Below, in pieces: positions 38,220 to 48,228 of a DNA stretch of 64,000 bases. Source of the stretch: Candidatus Thorarchaeota archaeon (GTDB lineage Archaea > Asgardarchaeota > Thorarchaeia > Thorarchaeales > Thorarchaeaceae); contig JAFGAR010000081.1 of NCBI GenBank assembly GCA_016933575.1, positions 64,001 to 128,000 on the forward strand. The letters are read 5' to 3'. The notes under the pieces were generated by a model, which worked only from the letters and a program-made list of their open reading frames with translations, made no database searches and was not told where the DNA came from. The translations under genes and the position numbers were made by a program. Position 1 is the stretch's first letter, and each line of letters opens with the position of its first letter.

Positions 38220-39155
38220 GTGTTGACCTTACAATCTCTACTAGAAACTACACTTCAATTTGGCCAATTCTATGGATTTATTGTAATTGGTTATCTAGTG
38301 GCTAAACTATCAGGAAAAGGAAAAGAGGTTAACAGGCATCTAAATTCGCTATTAGTCAATATTCTTGTCCCTGTCCTATTCATCTACACCCTCCTTACTG
38401 CCTCCCTGACAACTATGTCCGAAATTCCCTTGATCATTGTTATTGCTATCTTTGTCCATATCTTAGGACCAATTTTAATGTACATTCGATTGTGGGGTCG
38501 AAATCTTGACGAATCAACCAAGGGTGTTTTCTATATCTGTGTGACTTTCAACAATGCACTCTTCATTCCTCTTCCACTTGTTCTGATGTTCCTTGGAGCA
38601 TCATGGATTCCAGTAGTAATCATTTTTTCATTAACTCAGATGACATTGTTGGCAACACTTGGTTCTTTTATGGGAGCTATTTTTGGAGGAAAGGATTCTA
38701 GCTATCAAAAAGTAGTGAAAGATGCACTCACATTTCCGCCATTCATTGCAGCAATAATTGGTGTATTCCTTCTAATAATCAATATTCATATTCCCTTTGA
38801 GATTGCCAGTCTCCTCTCATATACTGGTCCTCTGACTACCTATCTCTCATTGATCGCAGTGGGGCTTGCTATCGGCGTACGGTTCTCGCTTGTAGAGGTT
38901 CGGTCTGTTCTAGAAGTCATAGGCATTCGGCAAATACTGGTTCCCTTTATCGTGTTTCCCATCATCCTTCTATCTAGACTCTCACAAATCCCTGCAGCAA
39001 TCATCATGCTCGAGGCTATGATGCCTCCTGCTGTTCTCACAGTGGTTTATGCAACTAGCTTCAATCTCGATGCTGAGAAGGCTGCCACAATTGTAACAGT
39101 AGGAACTCTCTTCCTCTTACCCTTCATACCAATCATTCCCTTACTACTGGCTTGA
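38220..39155 (+). CDS. AEC (auxin efflux carrier) family transporter
   Basis: FNNALFIPLP, PPFIA, EAMMPPA; about 10 TM. Confidence 0.8.
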   Translation: MLTLQSLLETTLQFGQFYGFIVIGYLVAKLSGKGKEVNRHLNSLLVNILVPVLFIYTLLTASLTTMSEIPLIIVIAIFVHILGPILMYIRLWGRNLDESTKGVFYICVTFNNALFIPLPLVLMFLGASWIPVVIIFSLTQMTLLATLGSFMGAIFGGKDSSYQKVVKDALTFPPFIAAIIGVFLLIINIHIPFEIASLLSYTGPLTTYLSLIAVGLAIGVRFSLVEVRSVLEVIGIRQILVPFIVFPIILLSRLSQIPAAIIMLEAMMPPAVLTVVYATSFNLDAEKAATIVTVGTLFLLPFIPIIPLLLA

Positions 39156-39529
39156 TAAATTACCCAATCTTAAGGCATATATTGCCTACCGAGTGTGGTA
39201 TCTATGAGTTGTCTAACTTGGGTAAACATGAAACTCGAGATCCTAAAGAGATTAGAGAATCATTAGATGATCTTGTTGATAAGCTAAATCAAGACACTGA
39301 TTCTAGTGAGAGTTGGAATGAATCAGTAGCATCAAACAAGGAAGAGTGGGAATCACTTAAGATTAGAATCGGAGAACGTCAAAGAGAACTCAAACAATTA
39401 GTAACTGATAAAAAAGCAGGACTCATCGGAATTGATGAGTTCAATGAGAAATATCATAGACTTCAGGATGAACTTACTGAATTGGAAACTACCGTTTATA
39501 ATATGCGGCTAGGAACTCATGTCGAATAA
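39152..39529 (+). CDS. Small coiled-coil hypothetical protein (true start uncertain, probably downstream)
   Basis: Charged heptad-rich helices; AGLIGIDEF motif. Confidence 0.55.
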   Translation: MINYPILRHILPTECGIYELSNLGKHETRDPKEIRESLDDLVDKLNQDTDSSESWNESVASNKEEWESLKIRIGERQRELKQLVTDKKAGLIGIDEFNEKYHRLQDELTELETTVYNMRLGTHVE

Positions 39530-39535
39530 TTCCTA

Positions 39536-40600
39536 TTACTCTGCTCTAGCTCTTTGAATAAGAAGAACTGCTTCGATGGTTGCAATCACTCCAAGAACCC
39601 CTGAGAATACAATCAATCCAAAATTAACTGTTTGATCTGCAAGTTTTCCAGACCGCCCCTCAATTCCAGAAACAAGAGCTCCTAAATTATATGTCATTAT
39701 TGAAAAATAGTCTGAAATCTCATAGAACACAGTCTTCCACCATATCAGAGTCCCTCCATAGTCTTCCTGAATCTGGTAGGCAAACTCTCCACCTGCCTGA
39801 TATTGGGCAACATCTGAACCTAGAATTAATGTGACTGTACCATTTTTCAGGGCTGATTGAACTTCCAATAGTTTTCCACCAGACAAGGTGATGTCTTCAA
39901 CTTGGAGGACTGCATCACATTGGATACCAAATGCCTCCGCCACATATGCTTCTGCAGGTGCTACAACGATTGCTCGCATCTGTGAAAATCCATGAATCTC
40001 ATCAAGAGAATCAATCAAGGTATCAAGGCTGTTCATTTTCTCTATGAACGCGTTGAAATTACTATCCCAATAAACAGACAGTGTGGAGTTCAATGTAGTG
40101 AGTGCATATCGGGTTGCGTTCCCAATAGCAATTGCATTCTCCGGAAGCAGCCAATAAGCATGTGGATTTCCACTATCCCCATGTTCATCCTCTCCAATTG
40201 TGCTGCCCCCAGGCATTGGTGAGAGTTCTGCTCCGTAATCCTTATAGCTCTCCCACGCATTGATATCATCCAGTGTAATATATGGTGTTGCCGTCTGATT
40301 GGCTAGCTCTTCTTCCCAGTGAAAATGCCCTGACAGGACCAATAAGTCTGCATCATTTGCTATTTGCAAGGTAAGAGGAGTTATTGTAAAAGCATGCGGA
40401 TCGGTTTCTTGATTAAGGAGTATCGAGATATTGATCAGATCTCCTCCAATCTCTTCAACTATGCCTGAAAGAGACGCAACAGATACCGCAACATTATGGA
40501 CAGGTTGGGTCTGTGCTTGAACTTCCATGGAACCTCCTCCTATCATGAGTGTAATAAATAACAATACTAATGGAAAAACGACGGCTTTTCTGCACTTCAT
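39536..40600 (-). CDS. Metal ABC transporter substrate-binding protein (ZnuA/TroA family), C-terminally anchored
   Basis: DPHAF, NPHAYWL; signal peptide and C-terminal TM; start ATG 40600. Confidence 0.85.
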   Translation of the reverse strand: MKCRKAVVFPLVLLFITLMIGGGSMEVQAQTQPVHNVAVSVASLSGIVEEIGGDLINISILLNQETDPHAFTITPLTLQIANDADLLVLSGHFHWEEELANQTATPYITLDDINAWESYKDYGAELSPMPGGSTIGEDEHGDSGNPHAYWLLPENAIAIGNATRYALTTLNSTLSVYWDSNFNAFIEKMNSLDTLIDSLDEIHGFSQMRAIVVAPAEAYVAEAFGIQCDAVLQVEDITLSGGKLLEVQSALKNGTVTLILGSDVAQYQAGGEFAYQIQEDYGGTLIWWKTVFYEISDYFSIMTYNLGALVSGIEGRSGKLADQTVNFGLIVFSGVLGVIATIEAVLLIQRARAE

Positions 40601-40712
40601 AACAATCACTTTTGTAATCCTAATAAGAGGGGACTCATGCATTTTAACAGCTCCTTCTGAAATATTATTAAGGATTATGAAATAGTTACTAACTCAATTA
40701 GCGAGATATCTG

Positions 40713-41120
40713 GTGGTCATCATGCCAATTGTAGCAATCTCTATGTCTGAATCCGATCTTGATGAGCTTGAGCGACTTCAAAATGAAGGGCAGTTCTCAA
40801 ATAGATCTGAGGTTGTTCGACACGCTGTGCATACTTTGATGTCCAGACATCGTAATATTGAACGGGCTGCAGGGATGATAACAGCAGTTGTCACTGCACT
40901 TTACTACAAGAAAGGACAAGGTCACAATATCAGTGCTGTACAACACCAGTATCGAGAATATCTCACTGCTACAATTCATGCTCATACGACAGAGGGCAAT
41001 TGCACAGAAGTCATGATCATCGACGCGGACGCAGATGTAGTACGAAAATTTCTCAAGAAGTTGAGGTCTCAGAAGAAAGTACTACGGGTTGATGTGAATC
41101 TTGTCGGAGGTGGTCATTGA
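40713..41120 (+). CDS. nikR: NikR-family ribbon-helix-helix metalloregulator
   Basis: VAISM...NRSEVVRHA RHH domain; QH...HAH...C ligand pattern. Confidence 0.8.
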   Translation: MVIMPIVAISMSESDLDELERLQNEGQFSNRSEVVRHAVHTLMSRHRNIERAAGMITAVVTALYYKKGQGHNISAVQHQYREYLTATIHAHTTEGNCTEVMIIDADADVVRKFLKKLRSQKKVLRVDVNLVGGGH

Positions 41121-41923
41121 TGAAAGCACCTCCTTTGATTGAAGCAAATGATCTAGCTGTACGATATCCCAACGGAGAACTCGCTCTCCATCATGTGACA
41201 TTTCGCATTGACTCTCCTAGTTTTACTGCTATCATTGGACCAAATGGTTCTGGCAAATCCACCTTGGTCAAGACAGCTCTTGGTTTGATCAAACCCTCCA
41301 GGGGAACAATTAGTGTGAATGGATATGACTCCGTGAAGAAGGCAGGTAAGATACGAAAGATGGTCCGATATGTGCCGCAACGTGATCGAATCGAGCTGGC
41401 TGTACCCATGAAAGTGAAAGATATCGTTCTAATGGGGCGACTTCTCAAGAAGCTTCCACCTCGATTCGCTACATCTAAAGACATCACTGCGGCAAAGGAA
41501 GCATTGCGCGAGGTCAACATGGAAGCCCTTTGGGACCGTCCCTTTCCTGAATTATCTGGTGGACAAAGACAGCGTGTGTTGGTCGCTCGCGCTCTAGCAA
41601 GCGAGGGTTCAATATTAGTCCTTGACGAACCTCTGACAGGCACTGATGTTGAGAGTCAAGACCTCATTGTAGAGGCCCTCGGTCGTTATCACAAGGAGAA
41701 TGATGTGAGTATCATAATGATTACTCACGACCTTAACCCAATACATACATTGGTTCAAGATGTAATTCTTCTCAAGAATACAATTGTTGGAATCGGAGAA
41801 CCTTGCTCGGTAATGGATCCAGAGCTTATCAAGAAAGTCTATGGACCTACTGCTCAAATTGTGGAATATTCCGGTCATAAGTACTGCATGACCCGTGACT
41901 CAGGATTGGATCGCCATGATTGA
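41117..41923 (+). CDS. Metal ABC transporter ATP-binding subunit (ZnuC-like)
   Basis: GPNGSGKST, YVPQ, LSGGQRQR, LDEP, THD. Confidence 0.88.
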   Translation: MMKAPPLIEANDLAVRYPNGELALHHVTFRIDSPSFTAIIGPNGSGKSTLVKTALGLIKPSRGTISVNGYDSVKKAGKIRKMVRYVPQRDRIELAVPMKVKDIVLMGRLLKKLPPRFATSKDITAAKEALREVNMEALWDRPFPELSGGQRQRVLVARALASEGSILVLDEPLTGTDVESQDLIVEALGRYHKENDVSIIMITHDLNPIHTLVQDVILLKNTIVGIGEPCSVMDPELIKKVYGPTAQIVEYSGHKYCMTRDSGLDRHD

Positions 41924-42854
41924 TATACTTCAAATAATTCTCGAGAGTCCCTTTCTTCAAAGGGCTTTGATCGGAGCTCTCTTGGTAGCGATAATTGCTG
42001 CAGCAAGTGGAACCTTCCTTGTATTTCGAGGACTCTCATTCATGGCTTCAGGAGTAGCTCATGCAGCACTTGGTGGGACAGCTCTTGGAATCTTTCTTCA
42101 AGACTCAGGTCTTGTTCCTTGGTTTGATCCAGTTCTAGGAGCATTACTATTCAGTGTACTTGTAGCTGTCTTTACCGGTTATGCTGGCGAATCTGGAATC
42201 ACACAAAAAATGGAAGTTGCTGTGGGTGTATCTTTTGCCCTATCGATGAGTATTGCTGTGTTCCTCATGTACTACATTCCTCCATACAGAGTTCCTCAAA
42301 TCTGGGGTTATCTCGTTGGAGACATTCTTCTGTTGAATAATTTTGATATCATCCTGTTGGGTTGCACGACTATTCTACTTGCTGCAATTACGCTAATGTT
42401 CAACAAAGAATTCGTCTATGTGAGTGTTGATATGGAAGGCTCAACCGCTCACGGGATGAATGCTCGTGCCTATCATTATCTAATGCTCATTATTTCTTCC
42501 TTGGCGATTGCACTTGCAACAAAGGCTGTAGGGGCAATCTTAGTCTATGCAATTATGGTAGCTCCTGCAGCAGCATCGAACGAATTAGTGAAGTCCATAC
42601 GAGGTGTAATCATATCTGTGTTCTTGATAGCACTGATATCCGAATTGATTGGTATCACAACATCGTTCGTCTTGCTTGTATCCCCTAGTGCAATTGCAGG
42701 AATTCTAGCCGCCCTATCTTACATACTGGCACTACAGATAAAGCGTATCCGAGAACGAGTCCATGTGTCAATCGATGATTTTAGTTCTGAAACGATGGAA
42801 ATAGATCTACCCATAATAACCTCTATTGATGATGCACACGATCATGAACATTGA
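41916..42854 (+). CDS. Metal ABC transporter permease (ZnuB-like) with His-rich tail
   Basis: FLQRAL, GVAHAALGG, YLVGDIL, VGAILV; ends HDHEH. Confidence 0.88.
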   Translation: MIDILQIILESPFLQRALIGALLVAIIAAASGTFLVFRGLSFMASGVAHAALGGTALGIFLQDSGLVPWFDPVLGALLFSVLVAVFTGYAGESGITQKMEVAVGVSFALSMSIAVFLMYYIPPYRVPQIWGYLVGDILLLNNFDIILLGCTTILLAAITLMFNKEFVYVSVDMEGSTAHGMNARAYHYLMLIISSLAIALATKAVGAILVYAIMVAPAAASNELVKSIRGVIISVFLIALISELIGITTSFVLLVSPSAIAGILAALSYILALQIKRIRERVHVSIDDFSSETMEIDLPIITSIDDAHDHEH

Positions 42855-42994
42855 ATGAAGTGCAGTGGGAACTCCTCGATTACTGCATTGAGGAACAGAA
42901 TAGGTGGCGTGTATCTGTTGGACGACATTGAATCTGTCGGTATGTTTAAGAGTGAAACATAAAACCTCGATTTCTAAGGTCGGTGTGAACAACA

Positions 42995-43393
42995 GTGAGC
43001 GATGATACCCCCGAAAGAAACGAAATGGTACGCTCAACAGTGATTACAATAATATTCACAGTTGCATTCTTAATCTTGGGATTGACATTTTGGGCCTGGT
43101 CTTCACCAGATATCATTGAAACGAGTCCAATTGGTATCCTAAACAGTATGAATCTTTACGTCACCGTCCTTCTAGAATCTCTTACAATGCTAGGATTCTT
43201 CATTTTTCTCTCTGTTACAGTCTTCAATCTGCGTCTTTACGTGACTCAGATTCGGTCTGGTTGGTTTGACCTCTTAGCAATCTTCATTCTAGTCGTAGCT
43301 ATGGCTTGGATTATGTTTGGTACTGCAGTAGGCGCTGTCACTGCAATCCTCTCTCTTGGATTTACAGTCTATCTATACCTCTTGCAGGAATAG
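42995..43393 (+). CDS. Small 4-TM membrane protein
   Basis: Hydrophobic helices, no recognised motif. Confidence 0.6.
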   Translation: MSDDTPERNEMVRSTVITIIFTVAFLILGLTFWAWSSPDIIETSPIGILNSMNLYVTVLLESLTMLGFFIFLSVTVFNLRLYVTQIRSGWFDLLAIFILVVAMAWIMFGTAVGAVTAILSLGFTVYLYLLQE

Positions 43394-43610
43394 TCTAAGA
43401 GTAATCCTACTAATACCAAGCATGTGATGGTCAATTCACGACGCACCAGAAGCTTTATGTGGCTAGGTCTGGAATTTGCAGTTAGCCTAGAGGCAGACCA
43501 GCCTAAGGCTGCAGTAATGGAGTCTTTCAACTCCTCGGAATTGTCAGGCAGTGCCCACGAGTGGGTTCTGGCTTCCGGAGAGTTCTAATGATATCCTGGA
43601 GGAATAAGTT

Positions 43611-44345
43611 ATGTTTGGAATCTCGGGTGCAGGGTACGATATGAGTACTAGCATCTTCAGCCCAGATGGACGAATCTTTGCCGCTGAATATGCAAAGAAA
43701 GCAGTAGAGCAAGGCGCAACATCAATCGGTGTTCTTGTCAACGAAGGAGTTGTTCTCCTGACCGAGAAAAGATTGGAGGCTCTTCAAGAACCTGACAGCG
43801 TTGAGAAAATCTCTAAGATTGATGAACACATTGGAACTGCTACATCTGGTCTTATGGCTGACGCTCGAAAGCTTGTCTATGAAGCTAGGATAAAGGCACA
43901 GTCATACTGGCTCACATATGAGGAACCTGTTCCAGCTGAGGCTGTAGCAGAGCATATCTGCAATAAGAAAGCAGAGTTCACTCAAGGTGGCGGTGCGAGA
44001 CCCTATGGTGTAGCTATGATCATCGGATCTATTGATTTCGATGGTTCACCAAGACTCTTTGTAACTGACCCTGTTGGTACATATTGGGGTTTCCTTGCTG
44101 CAGTAATTGGAAAAGGCACATCGAAGGCTGGAGAATATCTCGAGAAGAACTATTCACGAGAAAAATCGCTATCGGAAGCAGTGAAATTAGCTCTCGGTGC
44201 ATTACGTGAAACAAGTGAGCGAGACCTCACCGCAGATATAGTTGAGATTGCTAGGATTCCATTGAGCACACGCAAGTTTGAGAAGCTCTCCAATGCAGAA
44301 ATTGAGAAGTTTCTTAATCCAACCAAACCTGTAAAGAAGGAGTAG
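43611..44345 (+). CDS. psmA: 20S proteasome alpha subunit
   Basis: GYDMSTSIFSPDGRIF, GLMADAR, RPYGV, TDPVG; SD-like GGAGG upstream. Confidence 0.95.
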   Translation: MFGISGAGYDMSTSIFSPDGRIFAAEYAKKAVEQGATSIGVLVNEGVVLLTEKRLEALQEPDSVEKISKIDEHIGTATSGLMADARKLVYEARIKAQSYWLTYEEPVPAEAVAEHICNKKAEFTQGGGARPYGVAMIIGSIDFDGSPRLFVTDPVGTYWGFLAAVIGKGTSKAGEYLEKNYSREKSLSEAVKLALGALRETSERDLTADIVEIARIPLSTRKFEKLSNAEIEKFLNPTKPVKKE

Positions 44346-44359
44346 GAGTTGACCAAAAT

Positions 44360-45091
44360 TTGATGGGTGGAGGTTCAGGTAGAAAATCCGGTGATACATG
44401 GATTGACATTGATGCAGTTGTAGTAGGTATAAAAAAGGGTCATCTCAGATTTGAGTTATTTGTTGATCCAGATTTAGCCTTCAGATACAGACGCGGCGAG
44501 AATATTCCTCTTGAGGATATACTCAAGTCTTATGATATCTACGAAGATGCAAAGAGAGGCGAACATGCGACTGATAGTTTGGTTAAAGATGCATTTGGCT
44601 CTGATGAAATCTTTGATATTGCACCTGAAATCATCAAGCAAGGAGAATTCAAACTCACCCATGAGCAACGCGTTCAACTAGTCGAAGAGAAGATCGAAGC
44701 AATTATCGATAATCTATCGAAGCGTGCAATGAATCCTCAGACTGGTCATCCCCATCCCCCTGACCGAATCCGTCAGGCGATGGAAGAGGCTAAAGTTCGA
44801 ATCGACCCATTCATTGGAATCGATGAACAGATTCCAAGTGTAGTAAAAGCTCTAAGAGTCATAATTCCAATATCCTTTGAAAGCGTAAAACTACAGATTA
44901 CCATACCTGCAGCTTATTCAGGTAAAGGATACAACATGGTTTCAACAACAAGTGTAATCAAATCAGAAATTTGGAATCCTGATGGTTCTTGGACAGGTCT
45001 AGTCGAAATACCAGCTCAAAAGAGACAAGAGCTTTACGATGAGCTAAACAAGCTAACAAAGGGTCAGATTCGGATAGAGGTAGTCAGATAG
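44360..45091 (+). CDS. sdo1: Ribosome maturation protein SBDS/Sdo1
   Basis: RFELFVDP, NPQTGHPHPPDRI; position in the exosome operon. Confidence 0.92.
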   Translation: MMGGGSGRKSGDTWIDIDAVVVGIKKGHLRFELFVDPDLAFRYRRGENIPLEDILKSYDIYEDAKRGEHATDSLVKDAFGSDEIFDIAPEIIKQGEFKLTHEQRVQLVEEKIEAIIDNLSKRAMNPQTGHPHPPDRIRQAMEEAKVRIDPFIGIDEQIPSVVKALRVIIPISFESVKLQITIPAAYSGKGYNMVSTTSVIKSEIWNPDGSWTGLVEIPAQKRQELYDELNKLTKGQIRIEVVR

Positions 45092-45149
45092 TTGAATCCT
45101 ACGACAAAGGATAATGAAGATGAAATTAGATTACAGAGGGAATAGATAA

Positions 45150-46019
45150 TTGGCAGTATACTTTCAAAAACGAGAGGTCGTAGTTCCCGGGCAGCTCCTT
45201 GCAGAAGGTAGGTACCGGGCATCCTATGGCACATTTGATGATGGTGGAAAAATTTACTCCACCCTCGTGGGTCTAGCCGAGCTCAGAGGCAATACGGTTA
45301 AAGTTGTTGCACTTGAAGGAGTCTACATACCCAAAGAAGGCGACTTGGTCATTGGTATTATAACAGCTGTAGCTGGAAATAACTGGAAGGTCAGCATTGG
45401 CGGCCCATATGGTGCATCTCTTCACGCAAATAACGCGCTCCGAAGACCATACTCAGATGATATCTCAGAGTACATGGATCTTGGTGATGTTATTGCGGCA
45501 GAGGTTATTGCATTTGATCGTCAGACAGGACCATTCCTATCAATGAAAGGTAGAGGTCTTAGAGTATTGGAACGCGGAATGTTGTTGGATGTTAGTCCTG
45601 CAAAGATACCTCGAATCATTGGTAGGAGAGGATCTATGATTAACATGATCACAGACCACTTGAAAATACAGACAGTCGTCGGACAGAATGGTCGTATATG
45701 GATTAAAGCAACTGATATTGCATCTCTACGACTGGCGATTAAAGCATTCAAGACAATTGAAGCACAAGCGCATACCTCCAATCTGACAGAGCGAATAAAT
45801 CGAATGCTATCAGAGGAGCTTGCAGAAATACGTGAATCCACACCTCTAGAACCTGATGAAATAGATATGGAGAACGAGGTTGTGGAAGAAGAAACAGATG
45901 AATTGGAACCAGAGCCAGATGTGGATGAATCTATGGAAATCGAAATCATAGAAGAGGCTTCGGTTGATGATGATGAAGAAATTGATGATATTGATGAAAT
46001 GGAGGAAGTGAACGAATAA
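45150..46019 (+). CDS. rrp4: Exosome RNA-binding subunit Rrp4 with acidic tail
   Basis: VVPGQLL, YIPKEGDLVIG, PRIIGRRGSM, VGQNGRIW. Confidence 0.93.
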   Translation: MAVYFQKREVVVPGQLLAEGRYRASYGTFDDGGKIYSTLVGLAELRGNTVKVVALEGVYIPKEGDLVIGIITAVAGNNWKVSIGGPYGASLHANNALRRPYSDDISEYMDLGDVIAAEVIAFDRQTGPFLSMKGRGLRVLERGMLLDVSPAKIPRIIGRRGSMINMITDHLKIQTVVGQNGRIWIKATDIASLRLAIKAFKTIEAQAHTSNLTERINRMLSEELAEIRESTPLEPDEIDMENEVVEEETDELEPEPDVDESMEIEIIEEASVDDDEEIDDIDEMEEVNE

Positions 46020-46834
46020 TGAGTCCAGAAACAAAGCCCGATTTCTTGATTAGTCCGGAGGGCTTACGAGTTGATGGTCGAAGACCTGATGAGTTGCGAC
46101 CTGTAGAGCTGAAAGTTGGTGTACTGAAACAAGCTGATGGTTCTGCATCAATTAGACAGGGAAAGACCTACATAATTGCAGGAGTCTATGGCCCGAGAGA
46201 GTTACATCCAAGACACCTAACCATGAATGATAGAGCATATCTTAGAGTAGTATACAGAATGGCTACATTCTCAGTTCCTGATAGAAAGAGACCAGCTCCC
46301 TCTCGAAGAGAAAAGGAGATTTCTATGGTCATAGCCAATGCGCTCATGCCAGCTCTCTTTCTTGAAGAATTTCCCCGAGCAGTAGTTGATGTGTTTATCC
46401 AAGTAATCCAAGCTGACGGTGGGACTCGATGTGCTGCGATCAATGCTGCATCATTGGCTCTTGCCGATGCAGGAATTCCAATGCGAAGTCTTGTTCCAGC
46501 AGTTGCTGTCGGAAAAGCAGATGGAGTCCTTGTAGTAGACTTGGGCGATGAAGAGGATAAGTATGGCCAAGGTGATGTACCCATGGCGATTATTCCCGCA
46601 ACTGAGGAAATTACCCTCCTTCAGCAGGATGGTTTCTTTTCTCGTGAGGAACTCATGGAAGCTATACAGATGGGAATCAGCTCCTGTAAATATCTTCACG
46701 AACTCCAGAAGGATGCTCTGAAGAAGGCCTATGTCAAGAAAGGTCCAGATGATGAGGATGACATGGATGATGATGAATTTGATGACGACCTCGAAACCGA
46801 TCTTGGTGAGGCAGATATAATGGAGGATGAATAA
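46019..46834 (+). CDS. rrp41: Exosome catalytic subunit Rrp41 with acidic tail
   Basis: RVDGRRPDELR, VYGPRE, ADGGTR, DEEDKYG. Confidence 0.95.
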   Translation: MSPETKPDFLISPEGLRVDGRRPDELRPVELKVGVLKQADGSASIRQGKTYIIAGVYGPRELHPRHLTMNDRAYLRVVYRMATFSVPDRKRPAPSRREKEISMVIANALMPALFLEEFPRAVVDVFIQVIQADGGTRCAAINAASLALADAGIPMRSLVPAVAVGKADGVLVVDLGDEEDKYGQGDVPMAIIPATEEITLLQQDGFFSREELMEAIQMGISSCKYLHELQKDALKKAYVKKGPDDEDDMDDDEFDDDLETDLGEADIMEDE

Positions 46835-47663
46835 AGTGGGTGACTTTTCTTCAGAAACAATTAGTCGAATTGACCGCGAGTTTATTGCCGATCTTCTTAA
46901 CAAAGGCAATCGAATTGATGGTCGTGCATTCGATGAATACCGCCCAATTGAGATTGAAGCGAATGTGGTTCCCGCAAAGGCGGAGGGCTCTGCTCTCGTA
47001 CGACTTGGCGATACAAGTGTGGTAGCTGGAGTCAAGGTCCTCGTTGGAGAACCTTACCCTGATTCACCAGATGAAGGAGTCACTATGGTGGCTGCAGAGA
47101 TGTCCCCCATAGCGTCACCGCTCTTTGAATTGGGTCCTCCTAAAGAGGATGCTATCGAGCTTGCTAGAATAGTAGACAGAGGAGTTCGTGAATCTGAAAC
47201 TATTGATAACAAGCAATTATGCATTGTTGAGGGCAAAAAGGTCTACATGGTCTTCGCTGATGTATATCCTCTCGAATACGATGGTAACTTGATTGATGCA
47301 TCATCTATTGCAGTGAATGTTGCGCTTATGACAACAAAATATCCAGAGATGGTTGTAGAAGAGAAAGAACTTGTGCCCTCCGGCAAAGTACTCAATCTCC
47401 CAATCAAGAATATTGCAGTTGAACACACTATTTCAAAGATAGGTGAACATCTAATCGTAGACCCAATTCTCAAGGAAGAATTTGTCCAAGATTGCAGGTT
47501 GACAATGGCAGTTGATCAGAATAACAACTTTACAGCCCTACAGAAAGGCGGTGCAGCTGGACCTATGTCTGTCGATCTTATCGATCAAGCTATGGGACTG
47601 GCTCTTGACAAATCCAAAGAAATCCGTGATATTATCAACGAAGCTGTAAAAGCTGTGCAATAG
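46827..47663 (+). CDS. rrp42: Exosome subunit Rrp42
   Basis: RIDGRAFDEYR, AEGSALVRLGDT, ELARIVDRGVRES, DGNLIDA. Confidence 0.95.
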   Translation: MNKVGDFSSETISRIDREFIADLLNKGNRIDGRAFDEYRPIEIEANVVPAKAEGSALVRLGDTSVVAGVKVLVGEPYPDSPDEGVTMVAAEMSPIASPLFELGPPKEDAIELARIVDRGVRESETIDNKQLCIVEGKKVYMVFADVYPLEYDGNLIDASSIAVNVALMTTKYPEMVVEEKELVPSGKVLNLPIKNIAVEHTISKIGEHLIVDPILKEEFVQDCRLTMAVDQNNNFTALQKGGAAGPMSVDLIDQAMGLALDKSKEIRDIINEAVKAVQ

Positions 47664-47672
47664 ACTGAAATT

Positions 47673-47702
47673 GTGCTCCAGGTCTTTCTGTGAGCACTTT
47701 TT
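47673..47702 (+). terminator. Hairpin with T-tract after rrp42
   Basis: GTGCTC-N13-GAGCAC followed by TTTTT. Confidence 0.5.
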
Positions 47703-47809
47703 CTCTAGAAACAGATAGGTATGCTAATAAGCAAAACTTACGGGCGACTGATAGGCTCCAACAGCCATCAATCGCACTGTGTGTGAATAATAACTAGGAG
47801 AATACTAAA

Positions 47810-48211
47810 TTGGCAGGAACCAAAAAGGTTGGTAGTACAGGAAGATTCGGAGCAAGATATGGTGCCAAATTACGACGTCGTGTCTTGGATATAGAGAAGA
47901 AGACAAGTGAGCCCGTTCGATGTCCTGCCTGTGCAACAAGAGCATTAAAGAGAAAAGCTGTTGGACTTTGGAAGTGCACCAAGTGTGACCTTCTCTTTGC
48001 AGGTGGTGCATACGTACCATTCACAGATGCAGGCAAGGCCGCCAAGCGTGCAATTACTCAGAGAGTTACGGGAGACTTTCTCGCTCTTCGTGATGATGAA
48101 GACATTGAAGACGTTCTTGAATTCCTTCCGAATGTTGACAAGGATGAAGAGATCGTACTTGATGCTAAGACAGTTTCCACTTCTGATACAGAGGACCTCT
48201 CTGATGAGTAG
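47810..48211 (+). CDS. rpl37ae: 50S ribosomal protein L37Ae (eL43) with acidic C-terminal extension
   Basis: TKKVGSTGRFGARYG, CPAC, WKCTKC, FAGGAY. Confidence 0.93.
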   Translation: MAGTKKVGSTGRFGARYGAKLRRRVLDIEKKTSEPVRCPACATRALKRKAVGLWKCTKCDLLFAGGAYVPFTDAGKAAKRAITQRVTGDFLALRDDEDIEDVLEFLPNVDKDEEIVLDAKTVSTSDTEDLSDE

Positions 48212-48228
48212 TTCAGAGCCGAATTGAC

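Noticed and set aside
39152-39529. Possible CdvA/ESCRT-related coiled-coil protein
   Set aside because: Only generic coiled-coil similarity; no PRC barrel and no ESCRT genes nearby
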